From contig OZ025791.1 in NCBI GenBank assembly GCA_964019425.1, positions 310,001 to 374,000 of the forward strand: 64,000 bases of DNA, read 5' to 3'. Numbering within the stretch: position 1 is the stretch's first letter; each line of letters starts with the position of its first letter. This document shows, in pieces, positions 60,466-64,000 of the stretch. The position numbers and the translations under genes are program-made. The notes under the pieces are model-generated. The model was not told where the DNA came from, ran no database searches, and worked only from the letters and a program-made list of their open reading frames with translations. The DNA is from Flectonema sp. DT1601. Taxonomy: Eukaryota.

Positions 60466-62157
60466 CTAGTCTTCCTTTCTTTTTTCATCAACCCTGTAAA
60501 CAAATCTCTGTACTACACAGACTATGAATATAATGTCATCTCGAAATACACTCATCTGATGCATTGAAGGTAATGTTACAATAAAAGCAAACAAGTCATC
60601 AATGAAGGTATTTACAAATCGATAAGTCAAAACATCCCACGGCAGGTGAGCAACAGACTTTAGCTTATAGTTAATTATTACCTGTGGCGTCATTAAGAGG
60701 AAGCCGGCAGAGTAGGTTAGTCCAGCGAGTGTTTGGATTACCCACGAAAACCAATTTTGAAACCTACAATAAACTAAAGAGTAAACCGAAAATGAAATAA
60801 AAATCGGAAACACTCCTTTTACAATATATTGAATGACGATCTTATCCGTGTCAAGACTCGCTTTAGTTATTTCGTCTTCAGAATTTTCTTCTTCCTCAAT
60901 TCTTGCTAATCTGTAGTAGGGACTTGTGGTTGTAAAAGCGAAACCTGTTCCCTTTCTGATCTTCCATAAGTCTACAAAGATAGCAATGCCACTGGGGACA
61001 AGAATAATTTGCATCGCTTCTTCGTCCAACAAATACAAAAAAATGATAACTTTAAAGACAACTTCTATAAACAATGCCCTAATAGAGAGTCCTCTCAAGC
61101 TGGTATTCTTCCTCCAAAATGCGACATCAGATTTGAATGCTAAGAATTCTAATAAAATGTGAAGAACAGTTGCGAACATCGTAACGGTTAATAAAGGAAT
61201 ACTAGTGTCAGCTAATGAAGACATCATTTGTGCCATCATAGGGTCCTCCATTCCTTGATCTGATAATTTTGATACGGTGATGTCAAAGTGATTTCCTAAT
61301 AACCATTTTGGTAGTTCACTTGATCTAATTTCTAACGTAATTGGCATCACAGACATAGAACCATTTATTACGTGATAGCCTTCATCCTGAAGGTTCTTCG
61401 CAACCGTATGTGCAGGTGGGAGATATAACTTTTGATTAGGAACAGCAAGCTTCAAATGCTGATGGATTCCAACAAGACCAACAGTAGAAGGAAACAACTC
61501 TCCTGAAGACACTATTCTAAAAGCAATTTGATTGCAAAATAATTTATTATTCTCTGCATAAATATCTGGATATGGATCTGTTCTGTATGATGGCTGTCCA
61601 CTAATATGACCCATACCAATATCTTGTAATAACCATCTCTCTCGTGCCCATCGAGGAAGACGAGCAGTATGAATTACCTGAGTCGAGGATGATAAAACGT
61701 TTGATCGCTTGTCTTTATTCGCAAGACAGTAATTTACGAAAATTGAAGTTCTTTTATTTTCGTTTTGAATATTTTTCCAAAGTGAAGGAGCGTCTTGTTC
61801 TGTGAAGTTATAAATGTACTTCTCATTTATGTCATCGCCCATCATCACATCTGTGTCCCACATCACAACACCCCCATCGACAGAATCGCAACCAGGTTGT
61901 GGAGATAACGTTACCAACAGTCTCAGATTATCACCAGTTTTCCAATGTGGTCTTAGCGGGTTCACCAGTAAGTCTTCACTTATATAATCCAAAGGGTACA
62001 GCATTCTACTGAATTTTGTTACTACTGATACAAAGAACCACGTCGCTCCGACAGCGGCAATGAACCCAGCAGAGAATACTTTCTTAACTACATCTTTCAA
62101 AAAGGATAATATTTGATTTCCTTGTTGTGGAATGTCTTCTTTTGTTTTGTCTTCCAT
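60466..62157 (-). CDS. CLPTM1: CLPTM1 family multi-pass membrane protein (lipid scramblase-like)
   Basis: LHILLEFLAFKSDVAFWRK, GLSIR, IIFLYLLDE, GFLLMTPQVIINYKLKSVAHLPW, NTFIDDLFAFI, FRDDIIF, YRVDEKR. Confidence 0.93.
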   Translation of the reverse strand: MEDKTKEDIPQQGNQILSFLKDVVKKVFSAGFIAAVGATWFFVSVVTKFSRMLYPLDYISEDLLVNPLRPHWKTGDNLRLLVTLSPQPGCDSVDGGVVMWDTDVMMGDDINEKYIYNFTEQDAPSLWKNIQNENKRTSIFVNYCLANKDKRSNVLSSSTQVIHTARLPRWARERWLLQDIGMGHISGQPSYRTDPYPDIYAENNKLFCNQIAFRIVSSGELFPSTVGLVGIHQHLKLAVPNQKLYLPPAHTVAKNLQDEGYHVINGSMSVMPITLEIRSSELPKWLLGNHFDITVSKLSDQGMEDPMMAQMMSSLADTSIPLLTVTMFATVLHILLEFLAFKSDVAFWRKNTSLRGLSIRALFIEVVFKVIIFLYLLDEEAMQIILVPSGIAIFVDLWKIRKGTGFAFTTTSPYYRLARIEEEENSEDEITKASLDTDKIVIQYIVKGVFPIFISFSVYSLVYCRFQNWFSWVIQTLAGLTYSAGFLLMTPQVIINYKLKSVAHLPWDVLTYRFVNTFIDDLFAFIVTLPSMHQMSVFRDDIIFIVCVVQRFVYRVDEKRKED

Positions 62158-64000
62158 TTTATGTAAATGTAATAATCCTAAGAGAGTGTATTGTGAGACT
62201 TGTATTTATTTTTTTGAATAACAGGTGACAAAGTTAACATAAATAATCCAAATATGCACCGCCCGCTGTAGCGGGTAGCTTATCTGACAGAACTGTTATC
62301 GACGTTTTGTTTCTATTCTTTCGATTCTTTTGTTTATTTCCGTTTTTTTTTTTTTTTTTTTTTTTTCACTCTCTTTTTCCCCTGAAATCGTTTCTTCTTT
62401 CGTTCTTTTTTTTTTTTTTTTTTCCATTGTATAATTTACATTGAGAACCTTTTGTCTAGGTGTAGACATGATGCCCAAAGAGAGACGTCAACATCAAACT
62501 GCATTAATAACATAACAAAACTCGAACACAAAATTTAAAAAAATAAAAATAAAAAATGAAATAATTGGATCGACAGTGGTCGTTTGACCCTAAGAGACTC
62601 AAATATGTGATTGACATCACTGACCGATGACAACTTTTCTTTATCTCCAACTTGCACACAGCAGTGCGCATATCTGCAAAGACAACAGTTAGGGTTTAAA
62701 CCATGTTGCTTCTTAGGATCTCTTACACTAAGTAGCAACAACAGGAATTGACGACAACTATTAAGAGATCCGCAGAAGAAAAGTTGAAAATAAAACAACA
62801 AAAAAAAAAAAAAAAAGCAGCTGGTCTGTGTGAAAAACAATTATTATTATGAGACAATAGTAACATCAGCACTTCACCCCAAAAAAAAAAAAAAAATATA
62901 AAAAAAAGAACAACAGACTTATCAGCGCAATACACCTCACGTATGTAATCTATCGCACAGCTCACTCAAGAAGATGAATGAGCAATCCTTAAGAATTTTA
63001 ATATTTACTATTGCCTTACATTTCAAGTAGTTCCGTTTCTTTTTTACTTTTTTTTTTTGAAAAACAACGAGAAACTAAAACACAAACAAAACAATACACA
63101 TTGACAATAAACACACAAGGAATGTTGAGTGTCGGGCTCGTTTAACAGGAAGTGACTGATCCCTCGGCCGAAGCCCATGTTGGGTTTGAATGAATGTTAA
63201 GTGAAATGAAGTCAAATCAAAACATCTTTATCTGACACATGATAAGTATTGTGATGGTTTACTACTCATGATCTAACGTCAGATAAGAGGAAACCTTTAT
63301 AGCAAAAAAAAAAAAAAAAAAAAGTAACAAAACTGATATCAACTAACTCATCAGAACATTAATCTTCCTGATTGGGAGATCAAACAACAAAAACAGATTC
63401 AGGCTGTAAGACTCGTAGTGAGAAATGTTATCAAAACGTTCAACTGTATTTCTAAAATATTTATAGCAAACAAAGCTTTATTCCATTTTATAAAATGCCA
63501 TATAATCTTCCTTACTGGGGAGATTCTCAAAACAAAACATGTACATGAGCCATGCCTACAGTCTGCAGTTTTTGCCGCCGTTGCCATTTCTGTTGCAAGT
63601 TGCACAGCGCGTGTCTTTGTGTTCACACGCTAATGCAACAGACAGCTGGTCTTAGAATTGACGAGACTCGACTCCTTGAAGCAGTGTCGAATCTTTTCTA
63701 ATTCTTATTTCCGATGAACTATTTATGTTGGTAAGAATAAAATCGAAAAAAAAAGGAAATTGCAATCACTAAAAAGGCTGGGTCGCAAGCTGACTTTTGC
63801 AAAAACCAGCATTGGCACGCTTAGCGATGTTAAACTTGCGAACGAAAAAAAACTTTTTTTTTTTTTTTTTTTTTTTTGAAGAAACTCAGAAAGTAAACAA
63901 CAATCTCAACTACCAAAAGAGAGTTCTTAGTGAACCCTCTTTGGGTATCCAGAGTTTTTATTCTTTCCAAAGACGACAGAGAACTTTGGAACCTAACGTT

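Noticed and set aside
565..61162. Plus-strand ORFs overlapping real genes (e.g. 49341-49799, 51607-52041, 8635-8967)
   Set aside because: Antisense shadows of well-supported minus-strand CDS.
62688..62696. AACCCTAAC (minus strand), and CCCTAAAC near 26120, as a telomerase-RNA template
   Set aside because: 8-9 nt words are expected by chance in 64 kb; there is no telomeric array or other support.

Overview
Eukaryotic nuclear DNA, most likely from a euglenozoan protist (possibly a diplonemid). The SUMO is kinetoplastid-like, all 15 supported protein genes lie on the minus strand, and genes carry short GT-AG introns. The taxon is an inference. Left cluster (0.1-15.3 kb): ATG4, type II pantothenate kinase, saccharopine-dehydrogenase-like oxidoreductase, SUMO, MtnB/APIP, a HAD-IIA hydrolase fused to a glutaredoxin-like CxxC domain, a MYND-finger protein, a polycystin-2-like channel and one unknown protein. 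Right cluster (48.8-62.2 kb): a divergent Pho80/cyclin-U-like cyclin, a membrane-anchored cupin-like protein, p47/UBX, an MGC-acylated low-complexity protein, a BAR-domain protein, a ubiquitin-like+LRR protein followed by a short LSU rRNA fragment, and CLPTM1. Between them lies a 33.4-kb stretch with no credible ORF, made of homopolymer linkers alternating with complex blocks. It contains a densely base-paired ~460-nt minus-strand module (26.0-26.5 kb) and several small families of recurring stem-loop motifs. This is the best candidate for something undescribed: a giant modular ncRNA or 3' UTR. Intron models and pairings were read by eye and need RNA-seq and folding controls.
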